Part shown: one piece after another, positions 13,876 to 29,856 of the stretch
How positions within the stretch are numbered: position 1 is the first letter of the stretch
Layout: every line of letters begins with the position of its first letter
DNA from: the human T2T-CHM13v2.0 reference genome, Homo sapiens
Length of the DNA stretch: 64,000 nt
Assembly: GCF_009914755.1 (NCBI RefSeq)
Contig: NC_060927.1
Strand: one strand, 5' to 3'
Program-made: the position numbers and the translations under genes
Notes under the pieces: model-generated
Told to the model about the DNA's origin: nothing
The model's database searches: none
Seen by the model: the letters and a program-made list of their open reading frames with translations, nothing else

Positions 13876-16699
13876 ACTCTAAAAGGAAGGGCAGATAAGT
13901 AGCATAAAATGAACTTTACAATCAGCTATATTCAAAATTTGAATTCTGATTTCATAAATTACTATGGTAAAATACATTTGGTTGCTTATTTTCTTAATTG
14001 TTTATCATGAGAGATAGCCAAAGAACATTTTAGAAGCATTTTTTTAAGAGTCAGAACAGTATAGTAGGAAGAACATTTTTATGTATTGTCTCAATTTTAA
14101 AAGATTATAATTTCTTATTTTGTTTTTTTGAAAAAAGCAATTAAAATGTTTTAATATAATGGGTCTATGCTACATAATAAATGTTTTAAAGGCTTAAAAT
14201 AAATTCAGAATGATTATGAAATTTTTTCTGCATTAATGAAATATACACAATTTACATTTCAGGCAAAATTAGGATTATGAGTCAAAAGACTTGAGTGCTA
14301 ATTCAAGCCCAGGAACAACTTGTTTCTTGCTTCTGGGAAAGTTATTAATTTTTCAAAGCGTCTCTTTCCTTGTCTGCATTCTAGAGGAATTTATAGTATT
14401 TTGACGAAGATTACTCAAGATCATGAAGGTGGAGAACCAAGCCCTGATACACCCTAGCTATTTAGTAACTTTCAGTTTCTTTCTTCTTCTATCTTGTAAC
14501 CCATTGCACTACTTAGTCCTCTCTACTCTTGTGACAACAAGCACTGGACTCCTTTGGATTTATAGGGAGGTTTGATAGAGCATAGAGATGATACTTAGAA
14601 ACCATGCTTCCAGGGTAAACAGAATCTCTTGACACCTTCTATTTACATTCACATATGCCTTATGTTTACATATCCACAGCTTCTTTGATCAGAAAATATA
14701 AGCTTTGCCTAGATTATCTGTAAATCATATTCAAAACCATTCATGCCAAGTCTTTGCAGAATGTGGGGAGTATAATTTCATAACCAAACTATTTGAAATT
14801 CTAAATGAAAGAAGATATTTCTAACATGCAAATTGCTGACATTTCCCAATATATTTGAAAGATGCCAGTATAGCCAGAAGGAATTTGTCTATAACTGTTC
14901 CACACAATGTTCAAATAATGAATTCCTTGTATTAAGCTACTCTAAAACATAATTACTTTACTAGTTGTCAGATCCCAAGGTTTTTGCCTAACTGTTTGGA
15001 TCCTCGATATGGAGAGAGAAATGAATCAATTTCAGTTGGCATTATTCATGATGCTCACCTAGTTCATAATTCAAACTCCACTGAGAATGGAGCTTACAGT
15101 TTCAGATATAATAGAACTTTATCTTAAAGAATTTCACAGATTAAAAAATAAAGATATATGCTTGTTTATATTATCCCTACCAGTCTCTTAAAATGATAGT
15201 TATTGAATATTTTTATATTCCAGACATTGATCTAGAGTCAATTACATAATTTAGTCCTCCCAATAACCCTGATTTTGAAGCTGGGGACATTTTTACCTGA
15301 CAAGTTGATTGACCCAAGGTCAAATATGTGTAAAATAGCACAAAGAAGATAAAAATCCTAGATTCTAAGTTCATTTGCCCACCATATCATGTTAGTAAGT
15401 AATGATAACAATATTCCTCTTAAGGTAAGTAAGCTCTAGAGGCCAGTTGAAGTGTAAAAAGTTCTGTTTAACAAAACTATGTGGAGCTTACAATAGTCTC
15501 CTCCCTCCACTTTCCAGAAGTTCATTCACTGATAAATGCTAAGAAATTCTTACAACACCTCTTATGTGCTAGGCAGACGAAGCATGGACCTGAGACACAA
15601 GTAAGCATCTCAATGTCTGATCTTCAGTATTTTTATCTTTCTTGCCGAAATCAGCAATGTGTCTCACTGGTAAACAGGAAGGGTCCAATCATGAATCATG
15701 TAGTATTAGTAAAAATAAGACTACCTCTTGCTGTTTTAAATCACATCTTTATTAACTTTAGAGGGTTACTTTAAGAACGTTTTCTCTTGTGGTAAAGAAT
15801 GTTTACAATTAGCAATTACTTCATCCTCTCTACAATATCTTAATTGTTAAATTTAAGTTAAACTAAATTTACCATGAAACTTTCAAAATCATTGTAGAAT
15901 GATCCCATTTTTACCTGATTATCTCTTTGTGTTTCTTTCTCATCACTTATTTATTTTATCTTTATTACTCTCTCTCCACCACCCATTCATCTATTCATTC
16001 ATTTCTCCATAAGAACTGCAATACACAAAAAGACCTATTTGCATATTTGCATAAGCAAGATCTAAAATGATGTAGACAAATGTTAATAAGCTGTCTTGTG
16101 GTGAAATTTAGTTTTTCCCTTTCTCTAACTTTTTTGGATTGTTACATATTGCCTGCATTTTTAACCAGTATGATTTATTATTTTAGCATTTTTATCAAAA
16201 GAACCTCTTTTTAAAAATTGAGTGATTTCAAACTATATGGATAAATATTTTAAAGATTGAAAATATCAATTCAAATTTATTATGAACTCTTTCCTTAATT
16301 AATAAAATATACATTAGATATATTTCATGTATAATATGAAAAAATACCTCTCAAACCTGAGTGGATTATAAACTAGGTTAGATGTAGATAAAATAAGAGA
16401 AATAAATAGAAAATTCACAATATAACTCACTCCAAGTAATACAAGAGTTTTAAAATTCTGCAGTTGAGTTGATATATTGTATGTTACAGTAAGAAAATGT
16501 ATTCCAGTAGTGGATTGAAATAATATTTTACTAAATTAGAAACTGGACTAGTACTTTGTTAATAACCCAGGCTTTTGCTTATGGGAGAAATACTAATAAA
16601 TTTCAGAACACATTTTTCTTCAATTCAGAGTAATGTTGATTGCATAGATGTCAAAATAGCTCTTGTCAAGTTGAAAGTAATGTCTACATATTTCTTTAT

Positions 16700-16930
16700 T
16701 TTCACCATTATTGAGCATTTACTAAGGGCTATGCACATTATTTCATACTTTATAAGAATTCTTCCATGTACTCTTTCATCAACCATGTAAAATAGACAGT
16801 AGTATATTCTCATTTTCAGATGAGTGAACAGGTTTTCAAGGGTGGTAATTGTTTCAAGGTTATATAAACCTGCAAGTTGAAAAGAGTAGTTGGAAATTAG
16901 TGTTTGCCCCAGCTCCAAACTCTTCCCCTT
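16700..16930 (-). mobile_element. MIR
   Basis: TTATTGAGCATTTACT...ATTCTCATTTTCAGATGAGTGAACAGG...TTCAAGGT. Confidence 0.7.
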
Positions 16931-16964
16931 TCAAAAAAACAAATGGTAATGCCATCCTTAGACC

Positions 16965-17363
16965 CCATATTGCTTAAATCTTTTGTGTCAACTAGACTAG
17001 GCTGTGGTACCTAGTTGCTTAGTCAAACACTAGTTTAGATTTTCTTGTGAAGGTATTCTGTGTATGTGGTTAACATATATAATTAGTTGTCTTTAATTAA
17101 AACAGGTTACGTAGTCTGACCTGTTTGAAGACCTTAAGAACAAAAACTGAGATGTCCTAGAGAAGAAGGAATTCTGCTTCGAGACTGTAACATTTAAATT
17201 CTCAGAGTTTCTAGCCTGCTGGCCTGCCCTACAAATTTCACGCTATTTCACATGACAAAACCACTGTCTGAGTTTCTAGCCTTATGATCTGCCCTGTGAA
17301 TTTCAGATTTGCTAGCTCCCATAATGGCATTACACAATTTCTTAAAAAAAAAAACTTTTAGTA

Positions 17364-17401
<38 letters not shown>

Positions 17402-17432
17402 ATTCTGCTTCTCTGAGGAACTCTGACAAATG
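16965..17432 (+). mobile_element. MLT2 (MLT2C/D-like) ERVL solo LTR containing a (CA)n tract at 17363-17398
   Basis: TTTTGTGTCAACTAGACTAGGC near the start, GAAGAAGGAATTCTGC internally, and TTCTGCTTCTCTGAGGAACTCTGAC at the end after the dinucleotide tract typical of MLT2. Confidence 0.8.
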
Positions 17433-17767
17433 TTGGGTCTACACAATATTTTTTAATTAGCTAACTTATTTCAACTTCTTCAAGGTTGACTAATTTGTCA
17501 TTTGACTAATTTGTCAAATATAATTAATATGATTATATTTACAGATGGTATATTTCTACTAAGTTTTAAGTCTTATCATTTCTGTAATAAGCACAAATGG
17601 TTACTTTTAATGAAAGGCTACAAATGGAACCAGGTGTAGAAAATATCACTCCCTCATTCAAAATATAAATATTTTGCACGTTTTGGCTGTATAGTTGAAG
17701 CTAGCTTATAGACGATTTTTCACAACTATTTTGTTGCTAATAGAATTGTGTTCTATGTATATCTAAG

Positions 17768-20397
<2,630 letters not shown>

Positions 20398-20611
20398 CTA
20401 AGTTAAATTTTTAAGGGTTAAGACCAATAGCAATATCTTTCACCCTCCTTAATACTTAATAGTAAAATGAAATGCAATTTGTGCCAAAAAATTTCAGAAT
20501 TAAGTTACTTCATTTATAAGCTCATTTAGTGTTTTCCAAACTTCACTATTTGCATATTACTTTACAATTTTTGACATAAACATTGCTACCTATACTCTAA
20601 TTTACTTAATA

Positions 20612-21116
20612 CAGTAGTTTCCTCTTATCCTGGGATATGTTCCAAGACCCTCAGTGGATGCCTGAAACTCAGGTAGTACTGAATTCTATAGATACTATGC
20701 TTTTTCTATAAATACATACTTATAATACATTTTAATTTATAAAATAGGCACAGTAAGAGATTAACAATAACTAATAATAATAAAATAATTATAACAATAT
20801 AATAAAGGTTACGTAACTGTGGTCTCTTTCTCTCTGTGTGTCTCAAAATATCTTATTTTACTGTACTTAAGGTTCCTGTGATCCAAGAGATGGGTAGAAT
20901 CTATAGTGTGGATACCATGGACAAAGGGAGGGTTCACATCCTGGGTGGGCTAACACTGGCCAGCATGAGATTTCATCACACTACTCAGAATAGCACACAA
21001 TTTCAACTTATGAAGTGTTTATTTCAGGAATTTTCCATTTACCATTTTTGGATCACAGTGAACCCCAGGTAACAGAAACCCTGCAAAGTGAAGCAGCAGA
21101 TAAGGGATGACTACTG
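20612..21116 (-). mobile_element. MER44B (Tigger7-derived MITE)
   Basis: TIRs CAGTAGTTTCCTCTTATC and GATAAGGGATGACTACTG, with TA on both sides. About 505 bp. Confidence 0.85.
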
Positions 21117-21438
21117 TATTTTAAAGTTAAATCACATTTTACACATTTACTTAAAGAGTACACTTTGTCTTATTATCTTAAGTGAAAAAAAACCAGACTC
21201 ATTTGTCATAAATAAAAGGTAATAATAAAAATGAATATGAATATAAAAAAACAATGTAATTAAGTTCTACTGAATGACTGTTCCCATTAAACATAACAGG
21301 CCTGGGGCCTTCCTTCACCTGGTTAAAAAGAAGATTACTAAGTGTTAAAGTTCTACTAGTTCTGAACTCAGTCTTTCTCTTAGTGGGATTTAGGAAGACT
21401 GAAGGCAAACTCTCCTATTTAGTTAAGGTAACATGCTA

Positions 21439-21942
21439 GTTTGGGGAAAGGCAGTCTCACACATACAGTCTTTCAACTCCCTGTTTTCCCCCTAAGGATG
21501 TGCCCTGGACCTGGAGCACTTCCTTACCAAGAGATATAGAGTTCTAACAGCCTGTGCTGGACTTGTGTGGGGATATCTTTCCCATTTCAGACTCAGTCTT
21601 CACTTCTCTGTTCTGCTTAAGCATGTGCACTGTGCAGCATCTGGCCAACCCAACTGCTATATCTGTCCCCTGTGTGGAGGGAACAAGGTCCTCTATTGTG
21701 ACACAAGAGGAGTGTTAATTGCCTTGCATTGGCTGCCAGAAGGGATCCAATGGCCATAGGGACCGGTGCACACTCCTGAAGCCAATCTTGCTCTGTTGCT
21801 TCTCTATGTGAATAAAATGTTGTTCCATTCAGTGTTTGACTAAGTTATGTCTTCCTTGGTGACTCTGATAACAAGATACAGTGGGCAGAAGTGCTCAAAC
21901 ATCCACTCCTGGTAACAAGCAAGAGATGCCACTTACTTAACA
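21439..21942 (+). mobile_element. ERVL-class solo LTR, LTR53-like
   Basis: Starts TTGGGGAAAGGCAGTCTC, has AATAAA near 21811, and ends GATGCCACTTACTTAACA. Matches the remembered LTR53 consensus. Confidence 0.7.
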
Positions 21943-23214
21943 ACTACTGCCTAAAAGTCTCACACTTTGGTAAACAACAATTTAAATCAATCCTATTCCC
22001 TGTTCTTTCACTTGAATGTACTCATTAAGTGGTTACCTGGTCTCTCCCTGATAACTCCAGAGACAAAGACTTCATGAGAAGTCACATTCCCTTTTATTTA
22101 TTGCTTTAATTGTGAGAATGCTCTTTCTTCAATTGAGCTAATGTCTATTTCTGTAACCATCAGTCTTAGATCAGCCATCTTTATTAAAGTTGAAAAGTCT
22201 AATCTCTCATTCACAAAAGTTTCCTTTTAACACGTCCATCTTTTTGACCTCATCTTCTCACATGTTATGACATCTTTTTGAATTCCTGTGCACATGCACT
22301 ACAGCCTTCATTATGAATAGATAAGAAACAAAGAAGAAAAGTAACTTCTTTATCAAAGAGAAATTATTTGAGAAGGGAAAAGTTAAAGAAGTTTGTTTTT
22401 TTTTATTCTTTCTGGAAGAGACTCTCATTATTGCTTTAGATAGTGTAATTGCTAAAGAGATTAAAAATTTTTAAAGAGATTTAAGACTGTTAGAGAGATT
22501 AAAATAATAAACATAAAAATATACTTATGTTAAGATTAGAGGTAACATGGACCAGAAGGAAGTATGATGCCATTTGTAACTCTGGAATAAATGTTATACC
22601 TTTGCTGTGATGAGTGAATATGGCAGAATTTAGCGCTCAGCTCTTACCACATTGTCAAAGAGAAGATGCTCAGTAAACTAAACCTTCTGGACAAACACAG
22701 ATGGCCCAAGAGACTCTTCAGATGACTTTGATTTTATTTAGTGAAGAATTTTGTAGTTTCATAATTTTCCTGCATGAAATACTCTTAAACAAACTTATCT
22801 TCTTAAACAAAAAACAGGAAGCCTAAAGTAAATCCAACTTGATAATTAAATTACATATAAATGTATATGATTTCAAGTACAGATTTTCTCATGGCGAATG
22901 AAAAAAATTCAGTTGAGGTAATCATTACTTAAGAGTTCTTATGGTCTTGGTGGAAGGAAGGAAGAAAGAATGAGGAAAGAAAAGAACAGAAGGAAGACAA
23001 GAATTAAAAACAACCTCTTTTTGTTGCTCAGACCTACATCTACAAAAATTTTGGACTAAACAATAAATAACAGTAATTAGAATTCAAGAACATTCTTTCT
23101 CAAAATATGAAATCAGAAGCTTCATATCGGTGGAGGCTAGGAAGCTGATACAGATGAAGTTTCATGGTGTTAATTTCTGATCAATATCTCATAGGGGCAA
23201 TTTTTTTATGATTC

Positions 23215-25591
23215 TGGTATAGTTTGGATATTTGCTCAGCCAAAATCTCATGTTGAAATGTAATCCCCAATGTTGGTGGTGGAGCCTTGTGGGCGCTGAT
23301 CAGATCATGGGGGTGGATTTCTCATAAATGGTTTAGCACTCTCCCCTTGATGATATCCTTGCCATAGTGAGTGACTTCTCACAAGATCTGGCTGTTTAAA
23401 AGTGTGTGCCACCTCACCCTGTACCTTTCTCCTGCTTTTGTCATGTATGCCTGCTCCCTCTTTGCCTTCCACCACAATTGGAAGCTTCCTGAGGTCTCCT
23501 CAGAAGCAGATGCTGCTATGCTTTCTGTACAGCCTGCAGAACCATGAGCCCATTAAGCCTCTTATAAAATATCCAGTCTCAAGTATTTCTTTATAGCAAT
23601 GCAAGAACAGCCTAATACAGAAAATTGGTGTCAAGGAGTGGGGCATTCCTATAAAGGTACCTGAAAATGTTGAGGCAGCTTTAGAACTCAGCAACATGTA
23701 GAGGTTGGAAAAGTTTGGAGGGCTGAGAAGAAGACAGGAATATGAGGGAAACTGGTTGAATGGTTGTGAACAAAATTTATTGAGAACTGGAGCAAAGGTC
23801 ACACATGTGCCTTAGCAGAGTTTGGTTGCATTGTGCCCCTACTGCAGGGATCTGTGGAGGTTTGAGCCTCAGAGTGATAATTTAGGGTATCTGGTGAAAG
23901 ACATTTATAAGCAGTAAAGCATTCAAGAAGTGGGCTGGCTGCCTCTAGAAACCTATGCTCAGATATAGGAGCAAATAAATGACTTAAAGTTGGAATTTAT
24001 GTTTAAAAGGAAAGCAGAGCATAAATGTTTAGAAAATTTGCAGGCTGGCTATGTGGTAGAAATTAAAAGCCCATTTTTCAGGAGAAGTTAGGCAGGGTGC
24101 TGAGAAGCCATTTGCTAGAGAAATTTGTGTAACTAAAAAGAAGGCAAGGGCTGATAGCCAAGACAGTAGGAAAAAGGCCTCAAAGGCATTTCAGAGACCT
24201 TCAAGGAAGCCCTTACCACACAGGCCAGGAGGCCTAGGAGGAAAGAATGATTTCATGGGCCATACCCAGGATACCATTGCCCTGTGCATCCTTGGAACAC
24301 TGCTCTCCATCCGGCCTCTCTGGCTCCAGCCTAGCTTAAAGGGACCTGGGTACAACCTGGGCTACAGCGCCAGAGGGTGCAAGCCATAAGCCTTGGTGTC
24401 TTTCATGTGGTTTTAAGCCTGTGGGTGCACAGAGTGCAAGAGTTGAGGCTTGGGAGCCTCTGCCTAGATTTCAGAGGATGTATGGAAAAGCCTGGATGTC
24501 CAGGCAGAAGGGTGCTGCAGAGGTGGATCCCTGGCAGAGAAACTCTACTAGCGCTGTGTGGGAGGTGGGTGTGGGGTGGGAGCCCCCACACAGTCTCTGC
24601 AAGGGCTCTTCTTAGTGGAGCTGTGAGAAAGGGACCACCAACCTCCACACTCCAGAAAGGTAAAGCCACTGGCAGCTTATAACCTGCACATGGAAAAGTC
24701 ACAAGCATGCAACCCCAACCTGTGAGAGTGGCTATGGGGCATGAACACTGCAAAAACACAGAGGTGGAGCTGCCCAAGGCCTTGGGAGTTTACCCCTCAC
24801 AGCAGTGTTCTCTGGATATGGGACATGAAGTCAAAGGAGATCATTTTGGAGCTTCAAAATTTAATGACTGCCCTGCTGGGTTTTGAACTTGCATGAGACC
24901 TGTAGCCCATTTCCTTTGGCTGATTCCTGCCTTTTGGAATGGCAGTGTTTATCTAATGCCTACACTTCCATTGGATCTTGGAAATAAGCAACTTGCTTTG
25001 ATTTTACAGGCTCATAGGTAGGAGATGAGTCTCAGAAGAGACTTTGGACTTGGACTTGAGACTTTTGAATTAATGCTGGAATGAGTTAAGATTTTGTGGG
25101 GACGATTAGGCAGGGATGATTGTATTTTGAATATGAGAAGGACATGAGATTTGGGGGGGGGGGGTGCCCAGGGGTGGAATAATATGGGTTAGATATTTGC
25201 CACAACCGAATTTCATGTTGAAGTGCAATCCTCAATGCTGGAGATGGATCCTGGTGGGAGGTAGTTGAATCATGGGGATAGATTTTTCATGCATGGTTTA
25301 ACGTCCTTCCCTTGGTGCTGTCCTCACCATAGTGAGTGACTTCTCACAAGATCTGGCTGTTTAAAAGTGTGACACCTCGCACCCCTCACTTGTTCCTGCT
25401 TTTGCTATGTAATGTGCCTGCTCCCCCTTCACCTTCTGCCATGATTGGAAGCATCCTGAGGCCTCTTCAGAAGCAGATGCCACTGTGCTTCTTGCACAGC
25501 CTGCAGAACCATTAACCAATTAAATCTCTTTTCTTATAAATTACCCAGTCTCAGGTATTTCTTTACAGCAATGCAATAATTGCCTAATATA
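23215..25591 (+). mobile_element. Full-length MSTA-type MaLR provirus: LTR 23215-23619, internal 23620-25179, LTR 25180-25591
   Basis: Two direct LTRs. Near-TSD GATTC (23210-23214) and AATTC (25592-25596). The internal region starts GAAAATTGG and encodes the PLPRFQRMYGKAW remnant. Polypurine tract with a G12 run at 25153-25164. Confidence 0.94.
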
Positions 25592-26139
25592 AATTCAAAA
25601 TGCCCTTGTTAAGATATGTGATTAAAAAATAATAGAGTTTTATAACTTGAACCACAACCTAATTTTCTTGTCTTGCTTTTACTCTAATTATCTTGGCCAA
25701 ATAAAAACTTGGTTTGTTGATCTATTTGCTGACTAGTAAGATAGAGATATTGACTTGATGTGTAGCATTTTGCCAGAGGATAGAGGATGCTAATCATTTA
25801 CCCTGCCTTCCCTTTGGGTCCTAACCAATTGTGATATCAACATAAGAAGAGTATACACCCCTTCTGAGTTGAAGGTACTCAGGGCCTCAGATAACAAGTC
25901 TCTGTACTATCTTGCACATTCACTATAGAGAGACCACACTTGTTTTCAAGGCACTCTATACCATGAACCACTCTACCTTCTATGAAGCAGAAGTCTCTCC
26001 AAATTAATGATGAGATTTCCTCTTTTGATTTCATTTAGGCCCATTCATGTCTTGATGCACCACTTGTTAAATTCTTATGCACATGTAATAAAGTCCTGGC
26101 TTAGAAGTGAAATGCAAACCCTGATCATAATTTTTTTCT

Positions 26140-26713
26140 TAGTATTTGTCTATATTGTAGATAGAAAATAGGTAGTATTCTTATTAGCAAAGCCTGTTTC
26201 CACTGAAGATATAGTTTTTCAAATCTGATCAATGTCAAAGGACTTTTCAGAAAGGTCTCTCATTTTGAAAGAATCTTAATGGGTCTTCAAAATAGGGAAG
26301 TCAGCAGAAGATTTTGAGGGTTTTGATATCAGGGCTCAAGTAGCTTAAGGCAAGCACCTCAAGGTGAGAAACTAATTAGGATAGGACAAAGTAAAGATAT
26401 AATAATTTACAATTGGTGGTCTCAGTAAGATGAGAGTCTTGAAGTGAGTTTGACAAATGAGATGTTTGCCTACATGAGCAATCTAATGTCCTCATAGGAG
26501 AACTGATTTGCCCAGATGAGAAAACTGTTTGCTCAGATATATTGGTTTGTAGGAATCTAGTGAAGCAAACAGGGAAGCTGTCTATTGGTTTATAGTCTTA
26601 TCTCTCTGAGAAAGATTTCCCTGGAAAAAGTGGTTAAGTCATGTTGACAGAGATGGCTTCAGTTCTCAGTCCTGTTAGTTAAGTTCTACAGATACAGACG
26701 GTCCCAAATGTCA
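26140..26713 (-). mobile_element. Old ERVL-class LTR, MER76-like
   Basis: The reverse complement begins TGACA...CAGGACTGAGAACTGAAGCCATCTCTGTCAACATGACTTAA. The family is from memory and the left boundary is uncertain. Confidence 0.5.
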
Positions 26714-27057
26714 TACCTCTGTAATTTCTCTTTTACTGCTCCCCAATCCAAACAAACATTTATTTTTCTGGGAGATGACTCTTTTGTTTATAACAAGTTT
26801 CTTATCTTCCATTTTGTTGTTATACTTACTTTACTTACTTGTCACATATAGCTTTACTTAGATTGTGTTTTCTTAGTGAGTATGAATAATGATTTTTTTA
26901 AATCTCCATGGGTTAAGATGTCTAATCTATTTAGAGGGTTCTTTAGGATTTTCTATTTTATTTAAACTTGGCTATTTATTTTGCTTCTCTCTAAATGCCT
27001 TGTCTTGGAGCCATCTTAATATTTCTAATCTACTCTTTATTACAACAAATGCTTCTC

Positions 27058-27191
27058 TCTTTTTTTTTTTTTTTTTTTTTTTGAGTCTCACTCTATCTCC
27101 CAGGCTGGAGTGCAGTGGTGCAATCTCGGCTCACTGCAAACTCTGCCTCCGGGGTTCATGCCATTCTCCTGCCTCAGCCTCCCGAGTAGCT
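27058..27191 (-). mobile_element. 5'-truncated AluY-like right-arm fragment
   Basis: Poly(T), then GAGTCTCACTC...GGTTCATGCCATTCTCC (a Y-type diagnostic), ending abruptly at GTAGCTG. Confidence 0.88.
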
Positions 27192-27221
27192 GCATCTATT
27201 TTATAACAAGTATTGTGTAAA

Positions 27222-27412
27222 GTCAGATGTTCTCAACCTTGAATTTCATTTGAATCACTTTGAGAGCTTTAAAATAAAATAGTGGGGAGTTTTAAAAAGT
27301 ACTGAAACTCAGGCCAGCACTTAAACTTTTGTTTAATTGACCTGGGGCATGGTCTAGGTATTAGAATTCTTTTCAGTCTCTTCAGGCGATTTTAATTTTT
27401 CAGCCAGGATTT
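27222..27412. mobile_element. MER5-type hAT MITE
   Basis: GTTCTCAACCTTG...GAATCAC...CAGGCGATTTTAATTTTTCAGCCAGG. Confidence 0.6.
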
Positions 27413-27414
27413 TA

Positions 27415-28160
27415 GTGAAGTCAGTGATGAACAAGACACATGTGGTTTCAAGGAGCTTAGTGGAGGGAAAAAAAAAAAAAACAAACACATTACGCCAATA
27501 CAATAATACTTGTTAGAATAAAATTGTGGTTACGTTCTACAAAGTAAAATTTCAGGGTGCTGTGAGAGCTTATAGCATAGTTACCTAACTTCTGTGTTAG
27601 GGATGTCAGAGAAGGATGCCCTGGGAAAGAGACAGGTAGGGTACGACTTGAAGGATGAAGAGAAATTAACCAGAAAATACAGGAAAAGAAGAAGGAAGGT
27701 GAACAATATGCTTTGGGACTGGGAAGGTCTTAACGAGTTAAAGGGTGAGAGAGGAGACTAGTGTAAGTAGAGTTTAGTGAATAAGCAGCTGGTTATAGTA
27801 TAAAAATCATGGTGGAGTCAGCAGTGGCTAAATCATTCGGGGGCTTCCAGGGAAGAGGAAGGTTTTTTTTTTGTTTTTTCTTCATCATAAGGGTAATGGG
27901 AGACTATGAGATAATTTATCCAAATGTATTTTATAAAGCTTACACTAGCAGGCAACCACAGATGAGATTAATATAAGGGAGGGGCAATGGACCAGGTTGG
28001 GCTGTGGGAACTAGGATCAGAGGCTGTTGCAGACCAGACCCGAAATAAGTTTGGACAGGAATGTAAAAGTGGTGATGGAAACAAATTGAAAGATATGAAA
28101 TATTTTTTGGTGATATCATCAACAGAACTTTTCAATTAGTTGAATATGGCTATCTGTTAA
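27415..28160 (-). mobile_element. L2 fragment
   Basis: GATGAACAAGACAC...AAGGAGCTTA, CTTGAAGGATGAAGAGAAATTAACCAG and GGTAATGGGAGACTATG. Confidence 0.7.
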
Positions 28161-29071
28161 TAACTGAACTGATAGGGTCAACACTATTAATTCTACCAGC
28201 ACTCTCATTCTATAATTATATTATCTTAGTTTATTTAAAAACTCCTGAGCCAGCAGAATTTGTCACACACATTAAAGTCTGGCCTAGGTTCATTTAAAAT
28301 TCTTGAGTGTTCCAAATAATCCAGGGAGTTGGTTATTAAGTCAATAAAAATGTTTTAGGGGGGAAAATATTAAGAAACTTAAACTCCTTATAAATGTTCT
28401 GATAAAATTTAAAACGTGGCCTTTTTTTTAATGACAGTACCTTGAAAGCTGTTTCTTTTCCAACATTAAATGTGAGCTGACTAATATGAGCTTCCTAGCA
28501 TGCTCTGCCCAAGTTATCCAGCACAAGAGTGTTTAGGTTAATAAAGGTCATTTTACTACAAATTACCCTCTGTAGTTGTAGTTGAATCTTTTTATTTTTG
28601 AGAAGAAATTATAGTGAAAATATCATTATTATATTTGTGGTAAGTATAAAATTTGGTCTTTTTTTTCCTGCTGTACTAACTGTTCATAGGTCTGTAGTGA
28701 ACAAAATAATATTTACTAAAACACAAATTAATATTTAGAACAGAAACAACTTAGACTCACTCTGGACTCCCATAAAAATTGATTACTTAGACATTTAAAT
28801 ATATTTACTTAATACTGTAATATTATATACATTTCCTAAAGCAAATTTTAAGACATAATATTTGGAAAATCTAGTAGAGGTTGTCAAAGCTACTTCTGTT
28901 GGCCAATAGCAGTTGCTTTTATAAAATCGTATTATTTCCTGCTCAAACACTTCATTAACTACATTATGGCCCAAGATTTCTGACAGCATGTCAAGATGCT
29001 TTATCTTCTAAGAGAAATTTCAGTTAGACTTGCAATTGCTAACTCAGAAGCTGACTTTAAATGCAGGCAAT

Positions 29072-29352
29072 AATAAGTATAATGATGGATACATGTCATT
29101 GTACATTTGTCACAACCCATATGATAGATACCACCAAGAGTGTACCCTAATGTAAACTGTAGATTCTGGGTGGTAATGACTTGCCAATGTAGATTCAACA
29201 GCTGCAACAGATGTACCATTCTGGTGAGGGATGTTGATAGTAGGAGAGGATGTGCAAATGTGGGGTCAAGGAATATATGGGAATGCTCTGTATACTCTGT
29301 TCAATTTTCCTGTGAACCTAAAACTGCTCTAAAAGATAAAGTCTATTAAAAA
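29072..29352 (+). mobile_element. L1MC1/2-type 3' end
   Basis: GGATACATGTCATTGTACATTTGTC...CCCTAATGTAAACT...GTGAACCTAAAACTGCTCTAAAA...AAAGTCTATT. Confidence 0.8.
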
Positions 29353-29856
29353 TGCAAGGAATAGTACAATTCTCAACTTCATTGAAAACTTTGTTAATGA
29401 GGTAGAAGTTAGGACTAGAAAAAACATAGCAGAATAGCGGTGTTCCACTCAAGAACTCACAGGCCAACCCTGGCACTATCCTCTGGTATTGAAACCCTGA
29501 CATACCTGGGTGGGAGTGATACTCATAGCCCATCTCAAATTGTTTATTTCTGTCGTGGTGCTAGATTTATGTTAAGAAATCTACAAATTTTGTTTTGGCT
29601 CCTTCACTGGTACATTATACAAATTATGCAATGGAACTATTTATGCCCATGGAGAGGTTGACATGGAGTGTATGTGTATACAAAAAGGGGGGAAGTGGAG
29701 AGAGAGAGAGAGAGATTTTGCAGAGATTAAGAGAAAATGCACTGAAGATTCAGACAATTTTCATTTCACATCTCAGCTCTGCTGTTTTCTGTCCTTCTTC
29801 TTCAATAAAAATTAACTTCTCTCAGACTCTTTTTTATCTATAAAATTGTGTTAATA

